64,000 nt of DNA from the human T2T-CHM13v2.0 reference genome, Homo sapiens (GCF_009914755.1 NC_060932.1), one strand, 5' to 3'. Shown: positions 21,962-36,219, numbered from the stretch's first letter. Program-made: numbers and translations. Notes: generated by a model not told the origin, from the sequence alone.

Positions 21962-24900
21962 GGGTTACCCCACTACCACCAGTTTTCCCTACCATACCCA
22001 CAAATCACCTGTCACTTGGAATACTCAATCATTCAAATAACAAACAAGTATACAGATACACAGACACTAGTGTACTCGGAGAAATTCTGAAATAATCAGA
22101 AGAGACTTCAGAATGAGTACTGGGCTGGGAATGCTTTTATACCTGGTTTTTTTTTAATTTTTCTTTAAACTATAAAGAATTATAAATAATGAGAATACCC
22201 ATAATATTTAATCATTCAAACATCAACTATGTGCAAAGAACTTCAATTTTTAAAAAAACAGCATTTCTCATTAAGTCACCAAAATAATTTTAAGGAAAAA
22301 CAACAAAAATGTTATATACAATGACTTTTTGTTCCACTACATTTTGTGGAGAAAGCACTCTAAAAGGTCTAGTTTGAGGAGTACAAAGATAAATGTACCG
22401 TAGTTCTGCCTAAGAGAAGCTTAAAATATGATGATACATAAGGCAAGATAACCAGAAAAAAAGGAAAAATAAGAGTCCTTTAAGAATAGCCCAGAAATCT
22501 AAGAAACTATGAGGGAATAATTGATTTTGGCTTTAGAAAGGAAGGCAGAAAATTCCAGGAAGGCTTCACAGAAGCAGTGGCATTTTAGGTGGGCACCACA
22601 CACATGCTCAACAGCGCAAGAGCTTGAAAACACATGGCATGCCCAGAAATGAAGTTATCTGGGATAGCTTAAGCCAAGTGTGCTTTCAAGGTGGTAGAAG
22701 GTTGAAAGCAGGCTGTGGTCAGATGGTGGGGAACGCTGACTGCTATAGAAAAGGCTGGTGTTTATTCGGCAGTCAATATGGAGGCCTGGGAGGTTTAGGG
22801 TTTATTAGCAGAGAAGTAATATGATCAGATCTGTGGTGGAGAAAAATGGAATGTGGCAGCACTGTAAGGGATGGAGCATCATAAGTGGATTGAAGTAGAT
22901 GCTGGAGGATGAGGAGTCTATGAGAGCCTGAGCTAGGAAATATCTTTGGGAATGGAAAGAATGAGATGGATATAAACTCACTAATCCGATATAGTTTAGG
23001 CAAGAACAAACTGATACGAGGCAACAGAAAAGTCAAAGACTATAGCGAGGCTCCCAGCCTTGGCACCCAGAACTCCATGGATAAAAAAAGAATATAAGCA
23101 GAGGAACACATTTGGGAGGGGGCACAGAAAAGAAAGCGAATTGTCAGGTTTGAGTATGCATGGAATATCTATCCATATTGGCAGTAATTGGGAGATCTGA
23201 GTGTAGGATAATCTGAAGCTGAAAGAAAAAAAAAGAAGAAAAGAAAAATTGAGCCTAGAATTAAAGGACTTTATGTAGAAATGACAGTTCGAGAAACAGG
23301 GACGGGTAAAATTCCCCAAGGAAATGAATAAAGGTGAAGAAACACTAGTCTACATTCTCAGTGAGGGAACCAAAGAAGAGAATGGACAGAAAATAGGAGG
23401 TAAAACCAGTGCAGTGTCACTAGCCAAAGGAAAGAGGTGATAAGATATCACCATAGGAACAAGTCCCAGAGAACTGTACCGATGCTGGACTTGGCAATGA
23501 GGGGAGTATGACTGGCCATTAAGAAACCCCTTTCTAAAAATCTCTGTACCTTCCACTCAATTTTGCTGTGAACCTAAAAGCGCTCTAAAAAATAAGTCTA
23601 ACATTTATAAACTTTTAATATTTTTCTTGTTTGTTAATTTCTTTAAAGAAAAGAAAATCTTTTTATTAAAAGGGTGAAGGTAGAAGCCAAATAGTAACAG
23701 ATTGAAGAGTGAATGAAACAGGATTATCAAGCCAGAGGAGGGAAGGGAAGAAGTGAAGGAAAGCAGAAGAGATTGGAAAGCAGTGTGAAGAAGGAGGGAA
23801 TCAGCAATTTTGGGATTAGAGGAACGGCAGCATGCTTGAAATAAGGGTGACTGATCCAGAAGGGTCCTAGAGGAGAGAAGAACAGGTGGAAGGTGGGCTT
23901 TGGAAAGAGTAAAAACACTATCCCTACCCAATCTTATTCTCATTCTCTCCCTGCCACCCCCTTTCCCACCCACTCCCATCTTTTCATCTTGTCGAAGAGA
24001 AAGATGAAAAGGACTAGAAAAAAATGAGTGAAAATCTTTTAGTTCTGAAATCCCGATCCTCCATAATTATACTATACTCATCGCTTTCCCTACACACACA
24101 CCCATGTATACACGTATGCATATATACCTTCCCTAATATATATAAATATACATTATGTATACACTTTAGTATTAATTAGCATGTTTTCTATTTATTCTGG
24201 ATGAACATATGAAAATGTATAAATATAGATACGCAACACTGTCTTCACCTGATCAGCCCTTGATTGCTGCAGTTAATGGAGAAAAAATAAGCTTCATGTC
24301 ATCTTAAATACAGAAATTTTAAAACTTTGTCATCCCAGAGTTTATCACCTCCTTTTAGCAGAGTAGTTATCAAGCTTATATCAAATAAAATCTGTCTGTC
24401 CCCTATTTCCTGGACTTGGGATGGATAAGGATACATATTTCCAAAAGAAATAGTTTAAAGGCAGTCAGTTGGAAGGAAAGAAGTACCCTGGATATTCCAC
24501 AAACTGGCCAGTTTGTCTCTAAATAAGAGGTGGTTTTGCATTAGGGAACTAGAAGTGTCATTTCCAACTTGTGATTTCTGTGAATATTGGATTCTAGCCA
24601 AGCTGGATTTTAAAAGCAAATAAAGAAAGCCCAGGGCCTAGGGGAATGTCACCTATTCTGAATCACTTCCAAATTTCTGTGGCAAAATAAGATGTTAGTT
24701 TGAGCACAGCAACTTTCTGACCTCTCTGTACTGGTAAGACCCTGCCTTAAAAAATTATGCCGTTATGTTGGAAGAGAAAGCAGCCAATCAAAAAAGAGAA
24801 AAGAACAGAACATGTTTATGTTGCAAAGTTAAACATCACATCAGCTTTTCTGAAATACTTTGGAACTTAAAGTAAGCAAGTGTACAAAATGTGTTTTGAA

Positions 24901-27900
24901 ACTTTTTCATTTAACTGTAGGTTAGTATGTTCCATGTGTCATTTTGTATTTTGAAAGAATATCAGGAGAAGTAAACTATTTAGAAAGTATTTGTAAAAAA
25001 AAATTCGAATCTTTTCATTAAATTTTTAAGAACACAAACACAAATTAATTTATCTCTATAAGGTTTAAGAGAAAATGTTTGCTTTCTCTGGCCTCAGTTA
25101 CCAGAAACATGCCACAATATTTGTGACAAACCCTTCCTTTTTATGGAAGAAACTATATCTAATTTTGTGAAACAAGGAGTTATTAGAGGAAGGAGAAGCT
25201 GAGGATTCAGTACGGAAAAGGCTACGGAAAGAAACACTAGTCATAGCACGCCCCCTGCCATCGGACCACCAGAAACATGAATTATACATTTGGAAACCTT
25301 GCTGCATTGAGAATTATATCAAGAAGTTTTCATAAATCCCTGGTTAAAATACCACAAGGTATAAAAATAGAATGAGGGAGATATAAGATTAAGTCATTAC
25401 ATGCCATGCTCCAGAAATTCCAGGAGACCACAATAAAGTTATGATTTGTCTATCCACCTTTCAGTAATCCAGTCTGAAATGTGGCTTACAACCATTCCAA
25501 AAAATGAAAGTAATCAAAGAACTCCACTTAACATATAAATCAATCATAAGTGGTTTCAAGACCAAGACAGATAGTAGGGGTTAACAATAGCCAATCATGA
25601 CTATTTTGAAGGGGGAGTCAGGGAGACAAATCTTAATATGCTACATGGAGAGAAAAATAAGAGTTATTAATCAGCTTTTCAAAATGTTGGCATGTGTCTC
25701 CCCTCTAAAAGATATTCATTGTCAGTATTGTATTGTGTTTGTGCCTAATTAATTTTTTAAAATTATTGCAACCAGGCCCCATTAGTGACTATCAAATGCA
25801 TTTTTATAATTTTTCAAAATAAGGGGAAGAAAATATGGTAGGTAGGTAGTCTTATTGTTCGTGATGATCTCCCCCATTTGAAGTTTTGTCCAAAAGTAGA
25901 GACGGTCAAAATACTATTTTCTCAATCGTCTGGCTATATTTTGAAATAAAATATACCGTTAAATGATATATTTGCTCTCCATTCCAAACTGGATGCAATT
26001 GATTTTAACTGACTAAATTATCTAATCTCTGCCAAGAATTTTATTTCATTAAGAAAATGATATTATGGAGCATGTGAGATCATAGAGCAGACTAAACATA
26101 ATGCCAAAGGAGTTCGGAGAATGCTCCACAGTGAAGGTTTGATTATTCGCAGATGGAATATGGAAAAAAAAAAAAAAGAATCAGGTCCCAGGGGTAAGCC
26201 TAACCAATCCTGGTACCACTGCCACCTACTTGTAGCACAAAGCCAAGAAAATAACTAATCTTCCAAACTACAACACCTTTTATAAAAAAATACCAATTAC
26301 TTTTCTTCTTGGAAAATAATATTTAACTGACACTATCCAAAACAAAGGGGAAAAAGGGAAATGTTGGTATCACATAGGCCCTAACATGTCAACTGTCACT
26401 GCTGACATGATTTGGCCAGTAGTCAAGCATTCACTGAGGAACTAATTGAAATCAATCTTTTTGGGGAAAGCCAATTGTTTGGTATGCACAACAATTGGTG
26501 TAGGATCAATCAGTGGACATGAGATCAATTAAAACCAGCTTAAGTTTGTGAAGAGGGACAATTCACACAACTTGAGTTAGATCTCTATTCATTTCAATAC
26601 TCTCACAATGCAATCCTTAAGCTTCCCTGCAAAGTAGAAAAGCTACTATCACCCTACACTGTCTGGCCAGCCCTTTAAGTAGTTCCACTTTTAATTAAAA
26701 ACACAGTACACCCTTTGTTGGTACAGATAGTGTGGTCACTTTTAAGGACGACAGTTATTTTAGCCAGAAACTTGGGATTTGTAAAGGGATATCTGTTGAG
26801 AAGAAGAAAAAAAGTTTGATTTTTTTTTTACACCCTTACCAATTTACACGTTCTTGAAAGCATTTGAATTTTATTAAATCGAAAGGTTGATTTGGCATAA
26901 GTTACTATTGCACAATTTAGAGTTAGACTGTCAGTGCTTTGGGATGTGGATGGTAATCGTTACAAGAGATTTTGCTAAAAGTAAGCTTTGAAATAAATAG
27001 GTTCTGCTTCAGATACCTAAGAAGGCATAGGCAGATTCTTAGAGATGGCACTGCAGAGAAGGCATGCAGTATCCCTTCTGGCCGCAGGAGTGCTGTAATG
27101 TCCTTTTCCACCAAACAGCATCTCTGCATTAAGTTCTACTAAAACAATATGCTTGGTTCTTCCCCACTCAACCACAATGGGACAGGCAGGGTGGATCAGA
27201 AAGCCATCACTGAATTAGCAAGTCATCTAATAAGGATCTGGCAAAGGATTTTAGACATTTCTATATTTTGCAGACTTCAAGCACTTTAGTTTTTCTAAGT
27301 AGACTGCAGCTTTGACTTATAAAAAGAGGAAAAGCCTCTCCAAACACTTTTGACCATAATGTAATCAAAAATTGCTGGCTCTGCCGAATACTCGAAAGAA
27401 AGTACTGGGATTGAGAAAGGAATCAGGAGGGGAGGAGAGAGGAGATAAAAAGGGACTTTTTCAAGACAAGTATCAATATCAAACTCTCATGGCCTTTGGG
27501 AAGAAATTTCTCTCTAGTATTTTTAAGTAAAATAATTTCTGAAAATAAACAATTTCCAAAAGTCAGAAATCGGGGGAGAGGGAGGGAGAGAAGTTGGAGA
27601 AGGTTTATTCTTACAAGCCGCAGATACAGAGACAATTGAAGCGCAGGGACTACAGAAGTCGCACACCATCAGTTATTTGGAGCTCTGCGCTCAGGTGGGC
27701 CAATCTCTAGCTCTGCCCCTAGGTGAGAACAGCTTAACAATGTCCTAAAAAGCCATCAAAAAAATAAGGTTCGGAAAGTCCTCCTCAAAATCTGGATGCA
27801 GGAGCGGAGATTACATACAATGAGTTATAAACAAATCACATCACAGATCGAGTGAGATGTTTACATCTTGGAGAAAAAGTCAACATTCATGAACCCGGCG

Positions 27901-29011
27901 ACAAATTCTAATTGCGCAAAAGTCCAAAGTGCCGAATGAAATAGACAGCTCTCACCAGGTCCCTGGGAAGGGGCTGCTGCACGCCCTTCCTGCGCGGGTA
28001 ATTCGATGTGCGTGTGGTGAGTGGTTTATGTTTAAATCCACCCAGAAAATTGAATCGTGTCTAGCCGCCCTTCTTCTAAAATGCAGTTGGATTAGTTGCA
28101 TCTCCAGCGGACTCCGAGACAGAAATACGCACTAAATCTGCAGGAAAGCGAGTTCCCCGAAACCTTTCTGGAGGCTTCCACCCGCCTTCTCCGCTACGCA
28201 CAAGTGATGGAGAGGGAGGGAGCAGTTAAAAAGCCGCAAGTGAATTTCATTGAGAACAGAAGCCTCCACCGGTGTGGCTGCTTTTGCAAAGCAAATGGAG
28301 AGAGCAAAGTGGGGCCTGTTTTAAAAACAAACCTCTGGAGGCGAGGACTCCCCAGAAAACCAGCGCGGGAATTGCTGCTTAATTCAGAAAGTTCCCATCT
28401 CGTCGCAGTTTCCAGAAAAAAAGAGATCTATGTTGGCCTTTTTCTGGAAAGGGAGGTCCTCCCCCTCGACTTGGTACCCCTCCCAAGCTCCGGAATACAG
28501 ACACACGCTTGGGTACACCCACACACCACACACACACTATGCTAGGTCAAGTCCGAAGAGATCTGAGGCCGGGTTTGGGGCGCACGTGGATGGGGAAGAT
28601 AAAACAAATGAGCTACAGGGAAGATGGTTAGGAGGACAGAGAGAAGAACAACGACGACAAAAAAAAAATGCATGTCAGATAAGAAATACGTCCTAAAGAG
28701 ACAAGTTTAGATGAGGAGGTGGGGCGGCGAACATGAGTGCGGACCGCACGACTTAGCCCTGAGCGCCCGATTGGCGCCCGGCTCGCCGAGCTCCCAGCGC
28801 GTCTCGCTCCGGCTCCCCGCGCCTCCAGGGTACAGAAAACAGAGTGTTTTGTAGAGCTCCAGGGTCCTAAAGGTGGGGACTGGGGACCCGCAAAAGCTGG
28901 GGTGGAGAGCACAGCCCTGACCATCTGAGCCCCCGGAGCCAGGGCGTGAGTGAGCGCCTCCACACGCCACCCCTGAAGCCCACCATGCACCTTTGGCAGA
29001 GAGGGACCCAC

Positions 29012-29105
29012 CTCGCTTACTGCGTCTCCATCGGTTGCCTTGGCAGTGGCTGTAATCCATGCAGTTCAGAATGATGAGGGCAAAGGAGAAAAGGCGAAAC
29101 TGCAT
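29012..29105 (-). CDS. RSPO2: R-spondin 2, first coding segment (exon 2; 94 nt, 31 codons + 1 nt, signal peptide and basic RWRRSKR motif)
   Basis: Translation MQFRLFSFALIILNCMDYSHCQGNRWRRSKR is recognisable as the RSPO2 N-terminus; ends at donor CGAG|GTGGGT (GT at 29011-29010). Confidence 0.96.
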
Positions 29106-29238
29106 CTGGGCGGTCGGGCGGGGGAGAGACGCCTCTCAAAGTCTAGGAACTGGAGGGTTCGCCCAAAGAGCCGGCGCCGGCCGCGCTGCTGGGGAGGACT
29201 CAGAGGGAGACTCGCCACTCACCCCCGGGCCGCACCGG

Positions 29239-29259
29239 TCAGTTCAGCGCGATCAGCAT
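29239..29259 (-). promoter_or_regulatory. uORF2 (MLIALN*) in exon 2 5'UTR
   Basis: GAG ATG CTG ATC GCG CTG AAC TGA. Confidence 0.7.
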
Positions 29260-29663
29260 CTCTCCGCCACGAACCTGAGAGACAAGAAGCGAAAACAGGG
29301 TGTGTGGGGGATGGAGAGAGCCCCGGGGAGGCAGCTGCGCCTTCGCACGTCCCAATTTAAAGAAGAGAGGGAAGGAGGAAGCGAACCCACTGCCTAGCAC
29401 GAGCCGCGGAGCGGCTTAATCCAGAGCGGGCAGCTGCGGACGAGTTGGAGAGGAAGGTGATTATAATCAGTGAATTAGCAACCTCTGCCGAGCCCTAAGC
29501 TCCGACCCAGCGGCATAATGCGTTGTGCCGGCGCTCCGGGGAAAGGAAAGAACTCTAAAGGCACTGAGAGCGCAGGGCTAAAAGAACGCTCTTAGGCCAT
29601 TTGGAGTCCACGGCGGTGTACCCAAGCGCCGCAGCTGCGGCTGCCTTGGTGTGGGTTGCCTAC

Positions 29664-30087
29664 CGTGCGCACGTCTCGGGCGGCGCGGCCTCCCTAGGCG
29701 CGGTGCTCCATCCCGGGCTCGGGAAGCGAGCCGCTTGGTTAGCACGTGGGCTGGGGAAAAGTTTGCCGAGACCGGCTGGGAGCGCCTGGCAGCTCTGGAA
29801 TTCCAGCGGCCGCCGCGGGGTTGGCGACGCCAGGCAGGAGCGCGGAGCGGCGGGTGCAGCCACTGGGATGCTCCGTCCCCGCCCGCGAGCGCGGTCCCCA
29901 GGCAAGGGGTGCGCCCGCTCACACTCTCTGCCTCCCTAACCAATTGTGTCGCTTCCTGCGCTTTCTCCACGGTCACTTCACAGCTAAGATTTCTTTCTTT
30001 CCGAGCTGTAGAAGGCAGAACGCTCTCGGGAGGACGAAGTGATCCGAAGGGATGTGGCAAGCGCACTTTCCGATGGAGATGCAGACC
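29664..30087 (-). other. RSPO2: RSPO2 non-coding exon 1 (5' end approximate)
   Basis: Donor CACG|GTAGGC at 29664/29663 inside the CpG island; TSS inferred ~20-30 nt downstream of a TATA-like element. Confidence 0.7.
29694..29711 (-). promoter_or_regulatory. uORF1 (MEHRA*) in exon 1
   Basis: GGG ATG GAG CAC CGC GCC TAG; G at -3 and +4. Confidence 0.65.
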
Positions 30088-30105
30088 GGCTGAGGCTTGG
30101 GATGC

Positions 30106-30113
30106 TTCTATAA
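30106..30113 (-). promoter_or_regulatory. TATA-like element (TTATAGAA)
   Basis: Minus strand CCTACTTATAGAAGCATCC, an isolated AT-rich motif just upstream of exon 1. Confidence 0.4.
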
Positions 30114-32919
30114 GTAGGTGGTGCTGTGGTCCAAGGCATCTAAGTCTAGGCTGCCTCGGAGTTCCTGGGTCCTAAAGCCAGAAACGTCCCGGTTTCCCTG
30201 AGGTCCTAAAGAACGTTGACAGCCAACAGCGCGCCTAACTTGGAGCGAATCCTCTTCGGGCTTTCCAAAGTGCGGGGGATAGATAAAGAGTAGCTGGGGA
30301 GACGCCCCCTGACCTTGCTGGGTCCCAGAACCCGGCTGCTCACCCCCAAGGGGTCCTCTCCAGCCCTCTAGGGTCAGTTCCAACCTCAGCGCCAACCTTT
30401 CTGCAGGGAGATCTGACTGAAGGACTGATGACTCCCTTTAAACTTTTGCAATATGCCACAACTCTGCCACTTTTTAATTTACATCTTGTCTGTGTTTTGC
30501 AGGAAGGTATGTTAGCCGGCTGAAATTATTCATAAAACGCGCCCCCACTTTGAGGAGTGAAATGGGTATTCCCAACAGCTTTTGTTCATCCTCAGAACTG
30601 TTATTTACTTTGTTTCTTCTCCAATAAAACAAAAACCTGTGATCCGTTGCCTGAAGTGCTGAAGAAGTTGGGGCCTTGATTCTTTAAAAATAATTTTAAA
30701 AAGTTCACTTCCCACTAAAGTATTTTTCATTCTTAATCCTCCTCTCATTTCCAAAGTCTCCTGAATTAAACTTTTAGGTGCTTTGGGTTTGGGGAAAATA
30801 TTCTGTTTAACAAAGTGTTACATTAAATAGACTTGATGCCATCCAATTTCATTCTGGTGAAATCTGTCCTGCATTCACTACTGTAGGAAAAAATGTATTT
30901 ATTCCTTAAGCAAAAGATAAGAATTTATGCCACTAACCGTGGCAGTATGAATGTCTATAGATATGCCCGCAGTTACCATATTATTATGATAGCATTTTAT
31001 ACTATTTAAATTCCCTTTTCTATTCCTTCAGTTTCAGAAGATGTTCAGAAATTTGATGACTTAAAAGACAATCATATAAAAAGAATATTGCAATACTCAT
31101 ATTTATTAACTATTCCATTATTGCCTATTCATAACTATTTTACAGACTCACTATTACATAGTGGTATTTATGTGCTAAGAATTTCAGCAGTATGCCTTTG
31201 ATGCATGCCTGAGAACACCCAAGTAAATCTGAGTTGAGGTCATTGGTCCCATTTCATAGATAAGAAAATCCATCACTGAGACTGGCCCACAGGGCACAAA
31301 TAGAGTTCACAAAACACATTGCAGAAACAGTGGATCTGTTTCTTGACTTTTGAGCCTTTGATTTTTATCACAGAATTTGGAAACATTTCAGTGTAGGGAG
31401 TGGCCCCAGTGTTTGGCATAACTTGATATTTCTTGATCATCTTGATATGATGCTGAATATCTCTTCAGCACCATAAATACTACTTCTTTCCAAATATAGT
31501 CATATATGCACACAACAAATGAATTATACTTATAAAGGAGTTAAATCTATGGGAGAAAGGAAGTCTTCCCTAAGTAAGCCCCCCTGCCTCCTTGCAAAGC
31601 TTTGAGATCCATTCAAGATCAGTGGTCATCAGTGTCTTTTAAAATATTTAAAGGCAAAAGTAAACACAAGACCAAGCAGAGGTAGCGCTACCATTAATCA
31701 CCTGCGTCACTTTGGGCAATTTTCTTGGTCTCAGTTTCCTTGGCAGTATTTTTAGGAAGTCTGTCCAAGGTCTCTTTCACTTCTACATGTTCTGGTTTAC
31801 AATCAATTTTCTATTTGTACTAGGAAGTTTGCTATGGTATCTAACCAGTGTAAGGGCAAACTCATCAGTGATGGGTTCTTTGTGTAGAAAGAAGAGGGTT
31901 AGCCACTGCCTTCCTTAGTTAAATTTACAGACCACTTCACCCTTATCCCTTCAAAGACAACTTTCCATAATTTTAATTTTAATCTTTTGTGTTGTACAGT
32001 TGGTGCATTTTTAGCCAGAGATGCTTTTCAGTTTAGTGAACCCCCAGATTCAGTTCATGAGGAAGAATTTTGACAGTACCACTTCTGTAGAAAATTGGTT
32101 AATGTGTTTAGTAAGAAAAGAATAGGCTCTGGAAGAAAGGAAAATTCTTAATTCCTTCTTTTGCTCCCTCCTGGTCTATCTCTGCCTCTTAAAAGACACC
32201 AGTGAACCTTAAAACTCTGTCAGACTTAGTTCTTGGGGTACTTGGAGTCTCACACTTAATCACTTTGGGGCTAATTTGTTGATAATGCAGAATTTTTTTT
32301 TTTTTACATTCACTGAATATTTTTCCTGACTTCAAAATCCCAGGAATGTTCTTGCTACTAAAAAATACAACCCTAATGGATCCTAGACTATCATTAACTT
32401 TAATCCCATATCTCTGCTTCCTTTCATTTCTAAACTCAGAATGTGGTGTTGTTGAGGCTCACAGCTCACAGTTTCTCCATCTTGGAGACTCAATGGACTT
32501 TTTCTTCAAACTGAGTTTATATAGTGGTTTCATTAAACTGGCTTTGTAAATAGACTTGTGCCTGGGTTCTGTTTACAGAGAAGTATACTGATATACTGAG
32601 GAGGTTGACTCTATACCACTCATTGGTGATAGGGAAAGTTAACTGAGGGCAGAAGTGGGGGATGATGTTATAGAGAGGAGATAACTTCTGTATTTTATTT
32701 TTTGACTTGTAATTCGTTCATACAGCTCAAAATTCAATCCTTACAAAACACCATAACAGGGCAAAGTCTCTCCTACCTCCTTCTCTCAGGCATCCAGTTC
32801 TCCTTAGAGTCAATCAGTTATTCTTTTACAAGTGTTCACGGTTTTTGGTATACTTCAGAAGATGTTTGGTGCTTATCAAACAAGTAACTTGATAATCTTT
32901 TTGCTTATCAAGCAAGGAA

Positions 32920-33012
32920 AGAAGGAAGAATGTATTATATATATGTACATGCACATATATAGGCATACATATAATATGTGCATATACATATATATAATAC
33001 ATTCTTCCTTCT
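32920..33012. repeat. Inverted repeat, 39-bp arms (1 mismatch), 15-nt spacer
   Basis: agaaggaagaatgtattatatatatgtacatgcacatat ... atatgtgcatatacatatatataatacattcttccttct. Confidence 0.9.
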
Positions 33013-33023
33013 CTGTTTTATAA

Positions 33024-33382
<359 letters not shown>

Positions 33383-34073
33383 GCATCAGTTCATAGAGAA
33401 CTGTCCTGTTCTTTTTATATAGTCACATATTATTTCATCGTATGGCTGTATTTAGCCAGCCTCCCTATCAATATACATTTAGATTGTTTTCATACTTTTT
33501 GTATCTTAAGCAATGCTTCAATTAACTTTTTCATGTGTCATTTTACCTTTCCATTATAAATTCTTAAAAGTAGAAAAGTTGAATCAAACAGTTGGATATA
33601 TGTGTGTGTGTTCTGCAAATTGCCTTTCACAAAGGTTCTTTCATATTACACCGTGTGAAAATGCCTATCTCTAGATGCTGACCAACACTTTTTGACTTTT
33701 GACACTTGTAGGCAAAAAGTCGTATCTCAGTAAAGTGTTAATTTGTATTTATTTTCTTTTAAATGAAATTTTGTGTGTCTTTAGTATGCTCCATCCATTT
33801 GTATTTTCTTTTCCATGAACTCTCTGAAGATATAATTTGCCTATTTTTCTATTGTGTTCTTGGTCATTTGTTTTTGTTTGTAGAATTTGCATGTATTGAT
33901 ATAATGTCTTTTGTGATTTGAGTTGCATATTTTTCCAAGTTTCTTATTTACCTTTTGACTTTGTTTTTGATGTATATTAATATGTAAAAAAATTTTAAAT
34001 ACTTTTACATAGTGCAGTTTGCCAGTCTTATCTTTTATAGCTTCTCTGTGTCATACTTGAAAAAGCTCTTCCT

Positions 34074-36219
34074 CGCTATTTATGACAAACCCACAACCAA
34101 TACCATACTGAATGGGCAAAAGCTGGAAGCATTGCCTTTGAAAACCAGCACAAGACAAGGATGCCCTCTCTCACCACTCCTATTCAACATAGTATTGGAA
34201 ATTCTGGCCAGGGCAATCAGGCAATAAATAAAGGGTATTCAAATAGGAAGAGAGGAAGTCAAATTGTCTCTCTTTCCAGATGACATGATCCTATATTTAG
34301 AAAATCCCATTGTCTCAGCCCAAAATCTCCTTAAGCTGATAAGCAACTTCAGCAAAATCTCAGGATACAAAATAAATGTGCAAAAATCACAAGCATTCCT
34401 ATACAACAATAGGCAAACAGAGAGCCAAATCATGAGAGAACTCCCATTCACAATTGCTACAAAGAGAATAAAATACCTAGGAATACAACTTACAAGGGAT
34501 GTGAAGGACCTCTTCAAGGAGAACTACAAATCACTGCTCAAGGAAATCAGAGAGGACACAAAGAAATGGAAAAAACATTCCATGCTGATGGATAGGAAGA
34601 ATCAATACCATGATAATGGCCATAGTGCCCAAAGTAATTTATAGATTCAATGCTATCCCCATCAAGCTACCATTGACTTTCTTCACAGAATTAGAAAAAA
34701 CTACTTTAAATTTCATATGGAACCAAAAAAAAGAGCCCATATGGCCAAGACAATCCTAAGCAAAAAGAACAAAGTTGGAGGCATCATGCTACCTGACTTC
34801 AGACTATACTACAAGGCTACAGTAACCAAAACAGCATGGTACTGGTATCAAAACAGATATATAGACCAATGGAACAGAACAGAGGCCTCAGAAATAAGGC
34901 CACACATCTACAACCATATGATCTTTGACAAACCTGACAAAAGCAGTGGGGAAAGGATTCCCTATTTAATAAATTGTGTTGGAAAACTGGGTAGCCATAG
35001 GCAGAAAACTGAAACTGGACCCCTTTCTTACACCTTATACAAAAATTAACTCAACATGAATTAAAGACTTAAACGTAAGACCTAAAACTATAAAAACCCT
35101 AGAAGAAAACCTAGGCAATACCATTCAGGACATAGGCATGGGCAAAGAATTCATGACTAAAACACCAAAAGCAATGGCAACAAAAGCCAAAATTGACAAA
35201 TGGGATCCAATTAAACTAAAAAGCTTCTGCACAACAAAAGAAACTATCATCAGAGTGAACAGGCAACCTACAGAATGAGAGAAAATTTTTGCAATCTATC
35301 CATCTAACTAAGGGCAAATATCCAGAATCTACAAAGAACTTAAACAAATTTACAAGAAAAAAACAACCCCATCAAAAAGTGGGCAAAGGATATGAACAGA
35401 CCCTTCTCAAGAGAAGACATTTATGCAGCCAACAAACATATGAAAAAAAGCTCATTATCACTGGTCATTAGAGAAATGCAAATCAAAACCACAATGAGAT
35501 ACCATCTCATGCCAGTTAGAATGGTGTTCATTAAAAAGACAGGAAACAACAGATGCTGGAGAGGATGTGGAGAAATAAGAACACTTTTACGTTGTTGGTG
35601 TGAGTGTAAATTAGTTCAACCATTGTGGAAGACAATGTGGCAATTCCTCAAGGGTCTAGAACCAGAAATACCATTTGACTCACCAATCTCATTACTGGGT
35701 ATATACCCAAAGAATTATAAATCATTCCACTATACAGACACATGCACACATATGTTTATTGTGGCACTATTCACAACAGGAAAGACTTGGAACCAACCCA
35801 AATGCCCATCAGTGATAGACTGGATAAAGAAAATGTGGCACATATACACCATGGAATACTATGCAGCCATAAAAAAGGAAGAGTTCATGTCCTTTGCAGG
35901 GACATGGTTGAAGCTGGAAACCATCATTCTCAGCAAACTAACACAAGAACAGAAAACCAAAACCAAACACTGCATGTTCTCACTTATAAGTGGGAGTTGA
36001 ACAATGAGAAGGCATGGACACAGGGAGGGGAACATCACACACCAGGGCCTGTCAGGGGGTTGGGGGCTAGGGGAGAGATAGCATTAGGAGAAATACCTAA
36101 TGTAGATGATGGGTTGATGGGTGCAGCAAACCACCATGGCACATGTATACCTATGTAACAAACCTGCACATTCTGCATATGTATCCCAGAACTTAAAGTA
36201 TACTTTTTAAAAAGAGAAA
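34074..36219 (+). mobile_element. 5'-truncated L1PA (about PA7/8)
   Basis: ORF2 3' half, 3'UTR; 15-bp TSD GAAAAAGCTCTTCCT at 34059-34073 and 36220-36234. Confidence 0.94.

Larger units (their letters stand above)
29012..29274 (-). other. RSPO2: RSPO2 exon 2 (169 nt 5'UTR + 94 nt CDS)
   Basis: Acceptor with polypyrimidine tract tttcgcttcttgtctctcAG|GTTCGTGGCG at 29275/29274; donor at 29012/29011. Confidence 0.9.
27600..30400. promoter_or_regulatory. RSPO2: CpG island / RSPO2 promoter region
   Basis: Abrupt rise in GC and CpG density against AT-rich, CpG-depleted flanks; spans exons 1-2. Confidence 0.9.

Noticed and set aside
22300-23900. Purine-rich stretches resembling L2/MIR relics (also ~0.5-2.6, 39.5-43.4, 45-46.8, 60.2, 61.5 kb)
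   Set aside because: Probably ancient repeats, but family and boundaries cannot be supported by eye.
28707-29011. C-terminal ~100 aa of the 132-aa ORF 28707..29105
   Set aside because: Read-through into intron 2 beyond the GT donor; not RSPO2 sequence.
29040-30395. Several overlapping 80-174 aa ORFs on both strands
   Set aside because: Expected stop-codon scarcity in a GC-rich island; Arg/Gly/Ala/Pro-rich with no recognisable domain.
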